A stretch of DNA of 64,000 nucleotides from Thermoplasmata archaeon (GTDB lineage: Archaea; Thermoplasmatota; Thermoplasmata; Lutacidiplasmatales; UBA184). This document shows, one piece after another, positions 27,024 to 35,746 of this stretch. Location: contig JAKAUN010000002.1 of assembly GCA_021817605.1 (NCBI GenBank), positions 3,676 to 67,675 on the forward strand, written 5' to 3'. A model generated the notes under the pieces. The model did no database searches and was not told where the DNA came from. It saw only the letters and a program-made list of their open reading frames with translations. Made by a program: the position numbers and the translations under genes. The first letter of the stretch is position 1; each line of letters opens with the position of its first letter.

Positions 27024-28412
27024 TTAATGGGGTTTCGCGGCCGGCGGCGGCTCCGGGCCCTGCGGCACGACGGCCGCGGACGAGGCGGCCGGACGTCGCC
27101 GCTCGTAGGCCAGGCTCGCCGCCGCCCAGATCGGCAAGGAGGCGAGCAGGAGCCCTCCCGAGACGAAGAAGACGAGACGGAAACTGCCGACGAGGGCGAG
27201 GGCCCAGGAGAGCGCCGCGCCGGCGACCGCCGCGGCGCCTCCGAAGGCGCTGTTGAGCCCGAGCAGGCTCCCCGGGTCGCGTCGCTGGAGCCCACGGAAC
27301 AGCATGAGGGAGCTGCCCGTCGTGTAGACGGCGATCGCACCGCCCAGGAGCGCGTAAACGAGCACGTTGGCGAGCAGGGCGTCCCGCCGGCCGAAGGCGA
27401 GCAGGGCGAAGCCGCCGGTGACCAGGTAGCCGAGCCCGCGGACGTAGGTCGCCCGCCGGACGAGGCGGTCGGCGCCGATGCGGTTGGCGAGCGGTCCCGT
27501 GACCGGGAAGACGAGCGTCTGGGTGAAGTTGTTGGTGAGGTTCACGAGGAAGATCGACGCGGGGACCAGCCCCGAGACGACGAGGAACGGCGTGTAGGAG
27601 ATGTTGAAGAGGTTGGCCGCGAGGGTGAAGAGGAACGAGCTGATCATGATGAGCGGGAGCTCGTGGTGGAGCTCCTCGCGTCCCCAGTGCGTCAGGCGGC
27701 CCAGCGGCCGAGGCCGGAGGTGCGGGCGTCGGGGGAAGAACGGGACGGCGTTCTGCAGCGGTCCGATGGGACGGATCCGGGAGAAGAGGCTCTCGGTGTG
27801 CCGGGCGACCTGGCGGGTCGTGAGCGAGCGGGAGGCCTCCGTGATCCCGAACCCGAGGGCGAAGGCGCTCGTGAGGGCGAGGGCCGAGAGGACGTAGAGC
27901 AACTCCCCGAGCGCGCCGTTCCCCAGGGTCCAGAAATACCCGATCAGGAGGCCGACGATCGAACCGACCATGCTCATCTCCTGGAAGGAGGCAAAAGCGA
28001 CGGCCCGCTCTCCCTCCGGGAACTTCTCCAGGATGAGGAGGTTCGAGGCGCTCGCCCCGGCCGGAGCGAGCACGCCGACGACCCCGTAGGCGACCAGCAG
28101 CTCGGTAAAGGAGCCCACGTGGGCGAGGAGGAGGTAGATCCCCGCGTAACCGGCGTAGTTGATGACGAGGAACAGGCGCCGCCGGGGGTAGACGTCCGAG
28201 AAGTGCCCCCAGAGCACCGAGGAGAGGGTGACGGACGCGTTGAACAGCGTCGCGGCCACCGCGACATCCGTCCACGAGCCGTGAAGCGGGAAGAGGATGA
28301 GGAGCGGGAGCGCGACCCCGAAGCCGGCGGTCGCGGAGTTGATCGGAACGAATCCCAGCAGCCAGGGCCGGGCGACCAGGCGGCCGGACCAGGTCCGAAA
28401 CGGGGCGACCAT
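27024..28412 (-). CDS. MFS transporter
   Basis: 462 aa with about 12 predicted TM helices and an MFS loop motif (GHFSDVYPRRRLF). Confidence 0.8.
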   Translation of the reverse strand: MVAPFRTWSGRLVARPWLLGFVPINSATAGFGVALPLLILFPLHGSWTDVAVAATLFNASVTLSSVLWGHFSDVYPRRRLFLVINYAGYAGIYLLLAHVGSFTELLVAYGVVGVLAPAGASASNLLILEKFPEGERAVAFASFQEMSMVGSIVGLLIGYFWTLGNGALGELLYVLSALALTSAFALGFGITEASRSLTTRQVARHTESLFSRIRPIGPLQNAVPFFPRRPHLRPRPLGRLTHWGREELHHELPLIMISSFLFTLAANLFNISYTPFLVVSGLVPASIFLVNLTNNFTQTLVFPVTGPLANRIGADRLVRRATYVRGLGYLVTGGFALLAFGRRDALLANVLVYALLGGAIAVYTTGSSLMLFRGLQRRDPGSLLGLNSAFGGAAAVAGAALSWALALVGSFRLVFFVSGGLLLASLPIWAAASLAYERRRPAASSAAVVPQGPEPPPAAKPH

Positions 28413-28496
28413 CGCTATGGCACGCCCCTAGACGACCCCCCTTTAAGGACGGTAGATTCCACGGGCGGTCCCGGTGGCGCCCTCACGCGCCGGCGG

Positions 28497-28512
28497 GAAA
28501 AGCGTGCTTTTC
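28497..28512. promoter_or_regulatory. Palindrome GAAAAGC-GT-GCTTTTC upstream of the stand-alone RAM-domain gene
   Basis: 7-bp perfect inverted repeat with a 2-bp spacer. It lies just upstream of an AT-rich CTTATTAG element and about 55 bp upstream of GTG 28566, inside the divergent spacer shared with the MFS gene. Confidence 0.3.
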
Positions 28513-28565
28513 GACACGCTTATTAGCAAGGCACCTTCTCGCGCCCTCCGGCGGGTGCGCGACGG

Positions 28566-28799
28566 GTGGCGGTAGGATTCGTCCTCATCAGCACGGCCCC
28601 GGCCAAGGAGCACGAGGTTTACACCGAGCTCCTGCGCGTGAAGGGGATCGTGGAGCTTCATCCCCTCTTCGGGGAGTACGACCTCATCGCCAAGGTCGAG
28701 GCCGAGGATTTCAACGCCTTGGGCCAGCTCGTGGTCGACAAGATCCGCTCGGTGAGCGGAGTTATCGACACGAAGACTCTGACAGGTATCAAATTCTGA
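28566..28799 (+). CDS. Stand-alone Lrp/AsnC-type ligand-binding (RAM) domain protein
   Basis: 77 aa. AFVLISTAPAKEHEVYTELLRVKGIVELHPLFGEYDLIAKVEAEDFNALGQLVVDKIRSVSGVIDTKTL has the AsnC_trans_reg fold pattern without an HTH. Confidence 0.75.
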   Translation: MAVGFVLISTAPAKEHEVYTELLRVKGIVELHPLFGEYDLIAKVEAEDFNALGQLVVDKIRSVSGVIDTKTLTGIKF

Positions 28800-28812
28800 G
28801 GTGCAACGAACG

Positions 28813-29148
28813 ATGTTTGATTGGGTGGGTACGTCGGCTCTGAATGTCGGTGCGTGGCAGTTCCTGGAGATCCTTCTCCTGGTCTTCTCGCTCTTCCTCA
28901 TCCTGGCGGGGGTCTTCACTGCCTACTTTGGGAGCGGGAAGAGCCGGACGGTCGGAGTGAGCCTCCTGGTCGCGGGTCTCGTGGTCGGGATCCTCTCGGG
29001 GTACTTCTACCACACCGGCCTGCTCAACGGCAGCTCGAGCGGCCACCTGGGCGACCTCATCTGGGAGGCGTTCCTCGTGATCGTCGCGGCGGTCATCGGC
29101 GCCCTCATCGCGGTCGGGATCTTCCTGGTCGCGATCATGAAGTCGTAG
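28813..29148 (+). CDS. Hypothetical small membrane protein (about 4 TM)
   Basis: MFDWVGTSALNVGAWQFLEILLLVFSLFLILAGVF... with four hydrophobic helices and G/C-ending codons. A GAGGTG element lies 11 nt upstream. GTG 28801 is an alternative start. Confidence 0.55.
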   Translation: MFDWVGTSALNVGAWQFLEILLLVFSLFLILAGVFTAYFGSGKSRTVGVSLLVAGLVVGILSGYFYHTGLLNGSSSGHLGDLIWEAFLVIVAAVIGALIAVGIFLVAIMKS

Positions 29149-29167
29149 TCCCGAGCTCCCGCGCGCC

Positions 29168-29989
29168 GTGCCGCGTCGCCACGGCGGGGTTTCCCGCCGG
29201 CGCCTCCCGCTCGTCACCCTGACGAGCGACGTGGGAGCGGAGTACGCCGCGCAGATGCGGGCCGTGCTCCTTGCCACCGTCCCCCCGGAGCGGGTCGTGG
29301 AGCTCACCCACGAGCTCCGCCCTCACGGGATCCTCGAGGCGGCGTTCCTCCTTCGGGCGATGGCGTCGGGGTTCCCGGCAGGGACGATCCATCTGGTCGT
29401 GGTCGACCCCGGTGTCGGGGGCCGAAGGGTCCCTCTGGTCGTGGAGTGTCGGGACGGCTCGCTCCTGGTCGGACCGGACAACGGGGTCCTCATGCCTCTC
29501 GCCGAGGAGCTGGGGCTCGCCCGGGCGTTCCGGATCGAGCGCTCCCGCTCCTGGCTGCCGACCCGGGTCGGCACGACCTTTGACGGCCGGGACCTCTTCG
29601 CCCCGGTCGCGGCGCGGCTCGCCCGAGGCCTGGCCCCGGAGCGGGCCGGCGCACCCACCGTGCCGGTGCCCTTCGCGATGCCCTCGCCCGAGCGGCGCTC
29701 CGGAGGAGCCCGGGGAGCCATCCTGCACTCCGACCACTTTGGCAACCTCATCACCAACGTGCCGACCGCCTGGATCCCGGCCGGGACGGTCGGTCTCCGC
29801 CTCCGCTTTGGGAGGTCGTCGCGCCGGCTCCCCTGGGTGACGAGCTACGAGGCCGGGGGAGCCGACAGGCTCGTGGCGCTGGGCTCGAGCTTCGGGACGG
29901 TCGAGCTCGCGGTCGCCGAGGGGTCGGCGGCCCGACGGCTCCGCCTCGCCGTGGGAGTGGGGGTCGAGCTCGCCTGGCGGGCCGGCTAA
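29168..29989 (+). CDS. SAM hydroxide adenosyltransferase family protein (DUF62, chlorinase/fluorinase-like)
   Basis: LVTLTSDVG...IHLVVVDPGVGGRR...LVGPDNGVL...FDGRDLFAPVAA...DHFGNLITN are the family motifs. Confidence 0.8.
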   Translation: MPRRHGGVSRRRLPLVTLTSDVGAEYAAQMRAVLLATVPPERVVELTHELRPHGILEAAFLLRAMASGFPAGTIHLVVVDPGVGGRRVPLVVECRDGSLLVGPDNGVLMPLAEELGLARAFRIERSRSWLPTRVGTTFDGRDLFAPVAARLARGLAPERAGAPTVPVPFAMPSPERRSGGARGAILHSDHFGNLITNVPTAWIPAGTVGLRLRFGRSSRRLPWVTSYEAGGADRLVALGSSFGTVELAVAEGSAARRLRLAVGVGVELAWRAG

Positions 29990-29992
29990 TGC

Positions 29993-30000
29993 GTAAATAG
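29993..30000 (+). promoter_or_regulatory. Putative TATA box (GTAAATAG) for dnaJ
   Basis: TAAATAG element about 47 bp upstream of ATG 30047. Confidence 0.45.
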
Positions 30001-30046
30001 CGCCCGTCGTAGCAGTACACGGGTTCCGACGAGTCGGCCCTCTCCG

Positions 30047-31192
30047 ATGCCGAAACGCGACTACTACCAGGTCCTGGGTCTCCCACGGACCGCGAGCACG
30101 GAGGAGATCAAGACCGCCTATCGACGCCTGGCACGCCAGCACCACCCGGATGTCTCCAAGGAGAACACGAAGGTCGCCGAGGAGAAGTTCAAGGAGCTCT
30201 CGGAGGCCTACGAGGTCCTCGCCGACGAGCAGAAGCGTCACCGCTACGACCAGCTTGGCTTCGAGGGGGTCGCCTCCGACTTCGGTCCGACGGGGTTCAC
30301 ATGGCAGAACTTCACCCACGTCCAGGACCTCGAGGACCTTCTCGGCGCCTCGCCCCTCTTCGCCCAGTTCTTCGGAGGGTTCGGTGGCGCCTTCGGCGGG
30401 TTCACCCGCGCCGAGCGCAACCGCGGCGCGGACGTGGAGCTCACGGTCCGCCTTCCGCTCCTCGCGGCCGTCCGGGGTGCCCACCCGACGGTCGAGGTGC
30501 CCCGCACGAGCCCCTGCCCGGCCTGCCGGGGGACCGGCGCCAAGGACGGCACGGCCCTCGAGACCTGCCCGGAATGCCAGGGGCAGGGCCAGGTCCGACG
30601 CGTCCGCAGCCAGGGCTACACGCAGCTCATCACGATCGGCGAGTGTCCGCGCTGCCACGGCGCCGGCCGTCGCATCCTCGAACGCTGCCCGGAGTGCCAG
30701 GGCCGAGGACGCACCTCCACGGTCGAGAAGATCGAGCTCGCCGTTCCGGCGGGGGTCGAGGACGGCGCCGTGCTGCGGATCCCCGGCCACGGAGAGGCGG
30801 GGCGGCCGGGCGGCCGCTCGGGGGACCTCTACGTGCAGGTCGTCTTCGAGCCGTCCCCGATCCGTCGCGACGGCCAGGAGGCCCACGCCGAGATCGCCGT
30901 CCCGCTCGCCGTCGCGCTGCTCGGAGGGGAGGTGAGCGTGCCGACCCTCGAGGGCCACGCCGAGCTCAAGATCCCTGCCGGCACGCAACCCGAGACCCAG
31001 TTCCGCCTGCGCGGGCACGGCTTCCCGCCGCTGAGGGGAAGCTCCCGCGGCGACCTCCTCGTCACCGCCCACGTCGAGCTCCCCCGGAGCCTCTCGGCCC
31101 ACGAGCGCGAGCTCCTCAAGGAGGCGCTCGGCGAGACGTCCCGCCCGACGGCGAGCCGCCGGGAGCCGTTCTTCCGGCGACGCGGAACGTGA
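30047..31192 (+). CDS. dnaJ: Molecular chaperone DnaJ
   Basis: J domain ([31 protein letters not shown]), G/F-rich linker and four CxxCxGxG zinc motifs ([32 protein letters not shown]). Confidence 0.93.
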   Translation: MPKRDYYQVLGLPRTASTEEIKTAYRRLARQHHPDVSKENTKVAEEKFKELSEAYEVLADEQKRHRYDQLGFEGVASDFGPTGFTWQNFTHVQDLEDLLGASPLFAQFFGGFGGAFGGFTRAERNRGADVELTVRLPLLAAVRGAHPTVEVPRTSPCPACRGTGAKDGTALETCPECQGQGQVRRVRSQGYTQLITIGECPRCHGAGRRILERCPECQGRGRTSTVEKIELAVPAGVEDGAVLRIPGHGEAGRPGGRSGDLYVQVVFEPSPIRRDGQEAHAEIAVPLAVALLGGEVSVPTLEGHAELKIPAGTQPETQFRLRGHGFPPLRGSSRGDLLVTAHVELPRSLSAHERELLKEALGETSRPTASRREPFFRRRGT

Positions 31193-31971
31193 CGCCCCCG
31201 AAGAGCGACCTGGCCGGCGAGACCTACTTCAGCGAGCGACCGCGCTCGCGCTCGATCCGGCGGGAGCTGCGCTTCCTCTACCGGGGGGAGATGCTCTCCT
31301 TCACCGTGGACACGGGCGTCTTCTCCGCCCGGGGGCTCGATCCGGGGACAGCGTTGCTCATCGAGCATCTTGCGGTCGCCCCCGAGGCGCGGGTGCTCGA
31401 GGTGGGCTGTGGCTGGGGCGCGGTCGGCGTCGCGGTGGCGAAGGCCGCCTCCCGCGGCACGGTCGTGCTCACGGAGGTGAACCGGCGAGCGGCCCGCCTC
31501 GCCGTGGAGAACCTCGCCCGCAACCGGCTCACCAACGCCGAGGTGCGCGTGGGAAGCCTGTTCGAGCCGGTCGCCGACGCCTCCTTCGACCTGATCCTGT
31601 CGAACCCGCCCTACCGGGCCGGCCGCGAGCTCGTCCTGCGCTTCCTCGAAGAGGTCCCCGCACACCTGCGGCCGGGAGGGCGCCTCCTCCTCGTCGGGAA
31701 AGGCTCCCAGGGGATACGGTTCTACCAATCCTGGCTCGAGGAGCACTTCCAAGGCGGGGTCCGTGTCCTCGGCAGGAAGTCCGGCTACCGCGTCCTCGAG
31801 GCGCTCCCGCTCCGGAGCCCCCCCGCGGAGACGCCCCGGGCGGTCCCGAGAGCCGAAGGTGTTAAGAACCGAGCCCGGCTCGGTGAGCTCTCCCGAGGAC
31901 GCCGGCCCGGTCGGCGAGGGTGGAACGCCGAGCCGGACGTGCGGACCCAGGGATCCAGAACAGGGGAGTGA
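31189..31971 (+). CDS. Class I SAM-dependent methyltransferase (MTS / RsmC-PrmC-like small domain)
   Basis: GTG at 31189 overlaps the dnaJ TGA (GTGA). Motif I reads [13 protein letters not shown] and the NPPY motif reads [10 protein letters not shown]. The last roughly 55 codons look non-conserved and run into the rps13 start region. Confidence 0.78.
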   Translation: MTPPKSDLAGETYFSERPRSRSIRRELRFLYRGEMLSFTVDTGVFSARGLDPGTALLIEHLAVAPEARVLEVGCGWGAVGVAVAKAASRGTVVLTEVNRRAARLAVENLARNRLTNAEVRVGSLFEPVADASFDLILSNPPYRAGRELVLRFLEEVPAHLRPGGRLLLVGKGSQGIRFYQSWLEEHFQGGVRVLGRKSGYRVLEALPLRSPPAETPRAVPRAEGVKNRARLGELSRGRRPGRRGWNAEPDVRTQGSRTGE

Positions 31972-32711
31972 GTCCCGCGCCGAAGGAGACCAAGGACCCG
32001 GAGAAAGCAGCCGCCGCGCCGCCGGCCGACGAGGCCGCCGCGCCGGCGGAGAAGCCGGGGAAGAAGGAGCGCTCTCCGAAGGGCAAGGACTCCAAGGAAG
32101 GGAAGGAGGGCAAGGAGGCCAAGGGCAAGGGCCGTTCGGGACCCCCCTCCAAGGTGGCGAAGATCGTCTCCGACAACCCGAACTTCCGCTACATCGTGCG
32201 CGTGGCGGACACGGACCTTGACGGAACCCGGGCGGTCGGCCTGGCGCTCACGAGGGTCCGAGGGGTCGGGCTTCGGCTCGCCGAAACGAGCTGTCGGCTC
32301 GCCCGGGTGAACCCGGTCGAGCTCATCGGCAACCTCCCCGAACCGTCGGTCGAGGCGCTCGAGACCGCCCTCCGCACCCTGCCCACTGCCGTCCCGGCCT
32401 GGATGGTCAACCACCACACCGAGCCGGTCCTCGGCGATACGATCCACTACATCGGGACCGACGTGGAGACCCGACGTCGGGACGACGTGAACATGATGAA
32501 GATGATCCGCAGCTACCGCGGCGTGCGCCACGAGCGCGGCCAGAAGGTCCGCGGCCAGCGCACGCGCTCGAACGGACGGACGGGGATGGCCGCCGGCGTC
32601 CTCAAGAAGGCAGCCAAGGAGGCCGCAGCGGCCGGCTCGAAGGAGGCCGCCCCTGCGGCGGCCCCCGCAGCCGCTGCCGCACCGGCCCCCGCTGCCGTGA
32701 AGAAGGAGTGA
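31968..32711 (+). CDS. rps13: 30S ribosomal protein S13 with Lys/Glu-rich N-terminal and Ala-rich C-terminal extensions
   Basis: Core FRYIVRVADTDLDGTRAVGLALTRVRGVG...MIRSYRGVRHERGQKVRGQRTRSNGR. The start is uncertain: GTG 31968 overlaps the methyltransferase TGA, and GTG 31920 is the track start. Either way, at least 60 aa of KETKDPEK...KGKDSKEGKEGKEAKGK precede the core. Confidence 0.85.
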   Translation: MSPAPKETKDPEKAAAAPPADEAAAPAEKPGKKERSPKGKDSKEGKEGKEAKGKGRSGPPSKVAKIVSDNPNFRYIVRVADTDLDGTRAVGLALTRVRGVGLRLAETSCRLARVNPVELIGNLPEPSVEALETALRTLPTAVPAWMVNHHTEPVLGDTIHYIGTDVETRRRDDVNMMKMIRSYRGVRHERGQKVRGQRTRSNGRTGMAAGVLKKAAKEAAAAGSKEAAPAAAPAAAAAPAPAAVKKE

Positions 32712-32721
32712 ACCCACGGCG

Positions 32722-33318
32722 ATGGGCGACCCGAAGTTCCTTAGGCGCCGCTACGACACCCCGAAGCACCCGTGGGAAGGTAGCCGCATGGAGGAGGAGC
32801 GCAAGCTCCTCGAGCGCTACGGCCTCAAGAACAAGCGCGAGCTGTGGAAGGCCCAGTCGATCCTGCGCGGCTTCCGTCGTCAGGCCCGCGAGCTCCAGGC
32901 ACGCCTGAGGGCGCGCGAGGAGCAGGCGACGCGCGAGACCGCCCAGCTCTTGGCCCGGCTCAGCCGGCTTGGCGTGCTCTCGGTCGCCTCCCCGAGCCTG
33001 GACGACGTCCTCGCTCTTACGACGGAGGACATCCTGCGCCGACGGCTCGAGTGGATCGTCTTCTCCCGCGGGCTGGCCCCCACGCCCCGCGGCGCCCGGC
33101 AGTGGATCGTCCACGGCCACTTCGCGGTCGGCGATCACCGGGTGACCCGACCGGGCTATCTCCTGCCTTCCGGGGACGAGAGCCGACTTGCCTTCAGCCC
33201 GACGAGCCCGTATGCCGACGACGGGCACGCGATGCGCGTGGCGCTTCGGGAGCGGCAGGAGCGCCGGGAGGCCGGCGCCCAGGCCCCGGCCCCCGCGCCC
33301 GAGGGGGAGGCGTCGTAG
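32722..33318 (+). CDS. rps4: 30S ribosomal protein S4
   Basis: MGDPKFLRRRYDTPKHPWE...LERYGLKNKRELWKAQ... plus an S4 RNA-binding domain (RRLEWIVFSRGLAPTPRGARQWIVHGH). Confidence 0.93.
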   Translation: MGDPKFLRRRYDTPKHPWEGSRMEEERKLLERYGLKNKRELWKAQSILRGFRRQARELQARLRAREEQATRETAQLLARLSRLGVLSVASPSLDDVLALTTEDILRRRLEWIVFSRGLAPTPRGARQWIVHGHFAVGDHRVTRPGYLLPSGDESRLAFSPTSPYADDGHAMRVALRERQERREAGAQAPAPAPEGEAS

Positions 33319-33702
33319 ATGGTCAAGATCGGGATCGCCCACATCTTCGCCAGCTACAACAACATCCACATCACCGTCACCGACATCACCGGCGCCGAGA
33401 CGCTCGCCAAGGCGACCGGAGGCATGGTCGTCAAGGCCGCCCGGGACGAGTCGAGCCCCTACGCCGCGATGAAGGCCGCCGACCAGGTCGCCGCGGTCCT
33501 CAAGGAGAAGGGCTACGACACCCTGCACGTCCGGGTCCGCGCCCCCGGCGGCAACCGCTCGCGCTCGCCGGGGCCCGGCGCCCAGGCGGCGATCCGCGCG
33601 CTCGCCCGCGCGGGAGTCAAGATCCAGCGCATCGAGGACGTCACCCCGGTCCCGCACGACGGGACCAAGCCGAAGGGCGGGCGACGCGGTCGTCGGGTGT
33701 AA
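33319..33702 (+). CDS. rps11: 30S ribosomal protein S11
   Basis: [23 protein letters not shown]...[10 protein letters not shown]...[18 protein letters not shown]...[20 protein letters not shown]. Confidence 0.95.
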   Translation: MVKIGIAHIFASYNNIHITVTDITGAETLAKATGGMVVKAARDESSPYAAMKAADQVAAVLKEKGYDTLHVRVRAPGGNRSRSPGPGAQAAIRALARAGVKIQRIEDVTPVPHDGTKPKGGRRGRRV

Positions 33703-33707
33703 CCACC

Positions 33708-34553
33708 ATGCCGGTCCGTGTCGAGGAGCTCACTCCCCGCTCGACCTCCCTCGAGCTCGAGGGAGTCTCCGCCTCCCAGGTCAACGCCATCCGCCGCACG
33801 CTCCTCTCCGACGTGCCGAAGCTCGCGATCGAGGACGTCGAGTTCCACCTGGGACCTATCCGCGACGAGGCGACCGGCAAGGACTACGACTCCTCGACCA
33901 GCATGTTCGACGAGGCGGTCGCCCTGCGCCTCGGCCTTCTGCCGATCCCGACCGACCTCTCCCAGTTCCGCCGTCGCTCCGAGTGCACCTGCGAGGGGGC
34001 CGGCTGCCCGAACTGCCAGGTGATGTACTCGATCGACCGCAAGGGCCCGTGCACCGTCTACGCCAAGGATGTCGTCCCGCTCGGGGACGCCTCGCTGGCC
34101 ATCCTCGAGCCGAACGTCCCGATCGTCCGTCTCGGGGCGCGGCAGGCGCTGCTCGCCTACGCGACCGCGATCGTCGGGACGGCCCGCGAGCATGCGAAGT
34201 GGCAGGCCGCCCACGGGGTCGGGGTCTTCCCGAGGCCGCACGTCAACATCTCTCGCAAGGAGGGCTGCTCGGACGCCTGCCTCAAGCGCGCCGCCGCCTC
34301 CTGTCCGGTCAACATCCTCGAGTTCTCCGGCGGCAAGCTCTCGGTCACGGACGAGGTGAAGTGCATCGACTGCGACGCGTGCGAGAAGAGCTGCGAGCAC
34401 GGCTCCATCCGCGTGGAGCCGGACGAGGAGCGGTTCTTCCTCCGGTTCGAGACCGACGGCTCGCTCACCGCCCGCGAGGCGCTGCGCTTCGCCCTCAAGG
34501 ACCTCAAGCGCCGCTTCGAGGACCTTCGGGAGTCGCTCCAGTCGATCCCGTAG
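33708..34553 (+). CDS. rpoD: DNA-directed RNA polymerase subunit D (with Fe-S-type Cys domain)
   Basis: Internal ATG, in frame with ORF 32844..34553. SLELEGVSASQVNAIRRTLLSDVPKLAIEDVEF plus ferredoxin-like Cys clusters (CPNC..., CIDCDACEKSCEHG). S13-S4-S11-RpoD is the conserved archaeal order. Confidence 0.9.
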   Translation: MPVRVEELTPRSTSLELEGVSASQVNAIRRTLLSDVPKLAIEDVEFHLGPIRDEATGKDYDSSTSMFDEAVALRLGLLPIPTDLSQFRRRSECTCEGAGCPNCQVMYSIDRKGPCTVYAKDVVPLGDASLAILEPNVPIVRLGARQALLAYATAIVGTAREHAKWQAAHGVGVFPRPHVNISRKEGCSDACLKRAAASCPVNILEFSGGKLSVTDEVKCIDCDACEKSCEHGSIRVEPDEERFFLRFETDGSLTAREALRFALKDLKRRFEDLRESLQSIP

Positions 34554-35613
34554 CGCGCCCGGCGCTCGTCCAGTCGTAGCGAAGGATCGCGGCGATCCCG
34601 CCGAACCCGCGCAGCGTCGCCCCCGGGGTGTCGACGCTCCGCACGACGAAGAGGCGGGCGCGCGAGCCACGAGAACGCTCGAGGAGGGCCACGACCTCGG
34701 GCTCGACGAGGAGCTCCTCGGAGACGAGGAGCGTCTCGACGGCCCCGGCAGCGATCGCCTCGCCGACCTCGGCCCTGCCGACCGCGGCCCGCACCCCGGT
34801 TCCGACCGCGCGGACAAGACGCTCGACCGTCGCGGCCTCCTCTGCTGCGACGCTCGTACGCAGCTGCTCGCTCGCCCGGCCCGAGCGCAGGATCTCGTCG
34901 ACTCCCGCACGCCCGCTCTCGCTCGCGGGGTAGACCTTCACGCGACGGGCGAGCGCCGGGGCGCTCTCCGTGAGGCGGCGAAGGAGGCTCTCCTTGAAGA
35001 ACCCCGGACCGGCGAGGACGACCGCCTGGGCCTCGGCCGCTTCCCGCTCGAGGACGAGGCGGACCTCCTCGAGGTAGCTCGCCCGATCCTTCTCGGCGAT
35101 CCCGGGTTCGAAGCGCTTGCCGGCGAGGGTGCGACGGATGTCCGCGACCGGCTCGATCGCGCGCCCCCTCAGACGGACGAGCGACGAATCGCCCCAGTCG
35201 ACCGCCGCGACCAAGAGGGTCGGCTCGCCGCTCCGGGCGAGACCCTCGTCCAGGAGCGCGCGGTCCCCCGCGGTGAGCCCGGCCTTGACGACCGTGATGT
35301 CGTCGCCCTCGCCGAGGTCGAGGGTGTGGTGACGTCCGATGTCGAACGGCCCCTCGACGATCGGGCCGGTGATGCGCACGTGCTTGCTGAACCCGTGGAA
35401 CTCGACCTGCTCGGCGCGCACGGCCAGGAAGATCCGTCGCCGGGTCCGCTGCGCCCCGGGGACCTCCTCGGGGGCCTCCGGGTCGCGTCGGGTGGTGGAC
35501 GCACCGACGAGCTCGCCCGGGCGGACCAGACGGGCGAGACGCCAGAGGTCGCTCGGCGTCTCGAGACGCAGCCGGTAAAGCCCGGTCTTCGGGTCGCTCG
35601 AGATGAGGCGCAC
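34504..35613 (-). CDS. pelA: Pelota (Dom34 homologue, mRNA surveillance / ribosome rescue)
   Basis: GTG at 35613, in frame with ORF 34504..35847. VRLISSDPKTGLYRLRLETPSDLWRLARLVRPGE... and an eRF1-like C-terminal domain (VETLLVSEELL...GGIAAILRY). The 3' end overlaps rpoD by 50 bp in convergent orientation. Confidence 0.87.
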   Translation of the reverse strand: MRLISSDPKTGLYRLRLETPSDLWRLARLVRPGELVGASTTRRDPEAPEEVPGAQRTRRRIFLAVRAEQVEFHGFSKHVRITGPIVEGPFDIGRHHTLDLGEGDDITVVKAGLTAGDRALLDEGLARSGEPTLLVAAVDWGDSSLVRLRGRAIEPVADIRRTLAGKRFEPGIAEKDRASYLEEVRLVLEREAAEAQAVVLAGPGFFKESLLRRLTESAPALARRVKVYPASESGRAGVDEILRSGRASEQLRTSVAAEEAATVERLVRAVGTGVRAAVGRAEVGEAIAAGAVETLLVSEELLVEPEVVALLERSRGSRARLFVVRSVDTPGATLRGFGGIAAILRYDWTSAGRATGSTGATPEGPRSGA

Positions 35614-35746
35614 GGTCGTTCCCGGTAGCGTCGGACGGGCCGAGGCTACAAGCACGTTTCGTCCGTCCCACGCGCTTGCACAACGCCGTGCATCCTCCGT
35701 CGCCTTCGATAGTCTTATCGAGGGAGCGAAGGGTCGGGGGCCCGGC

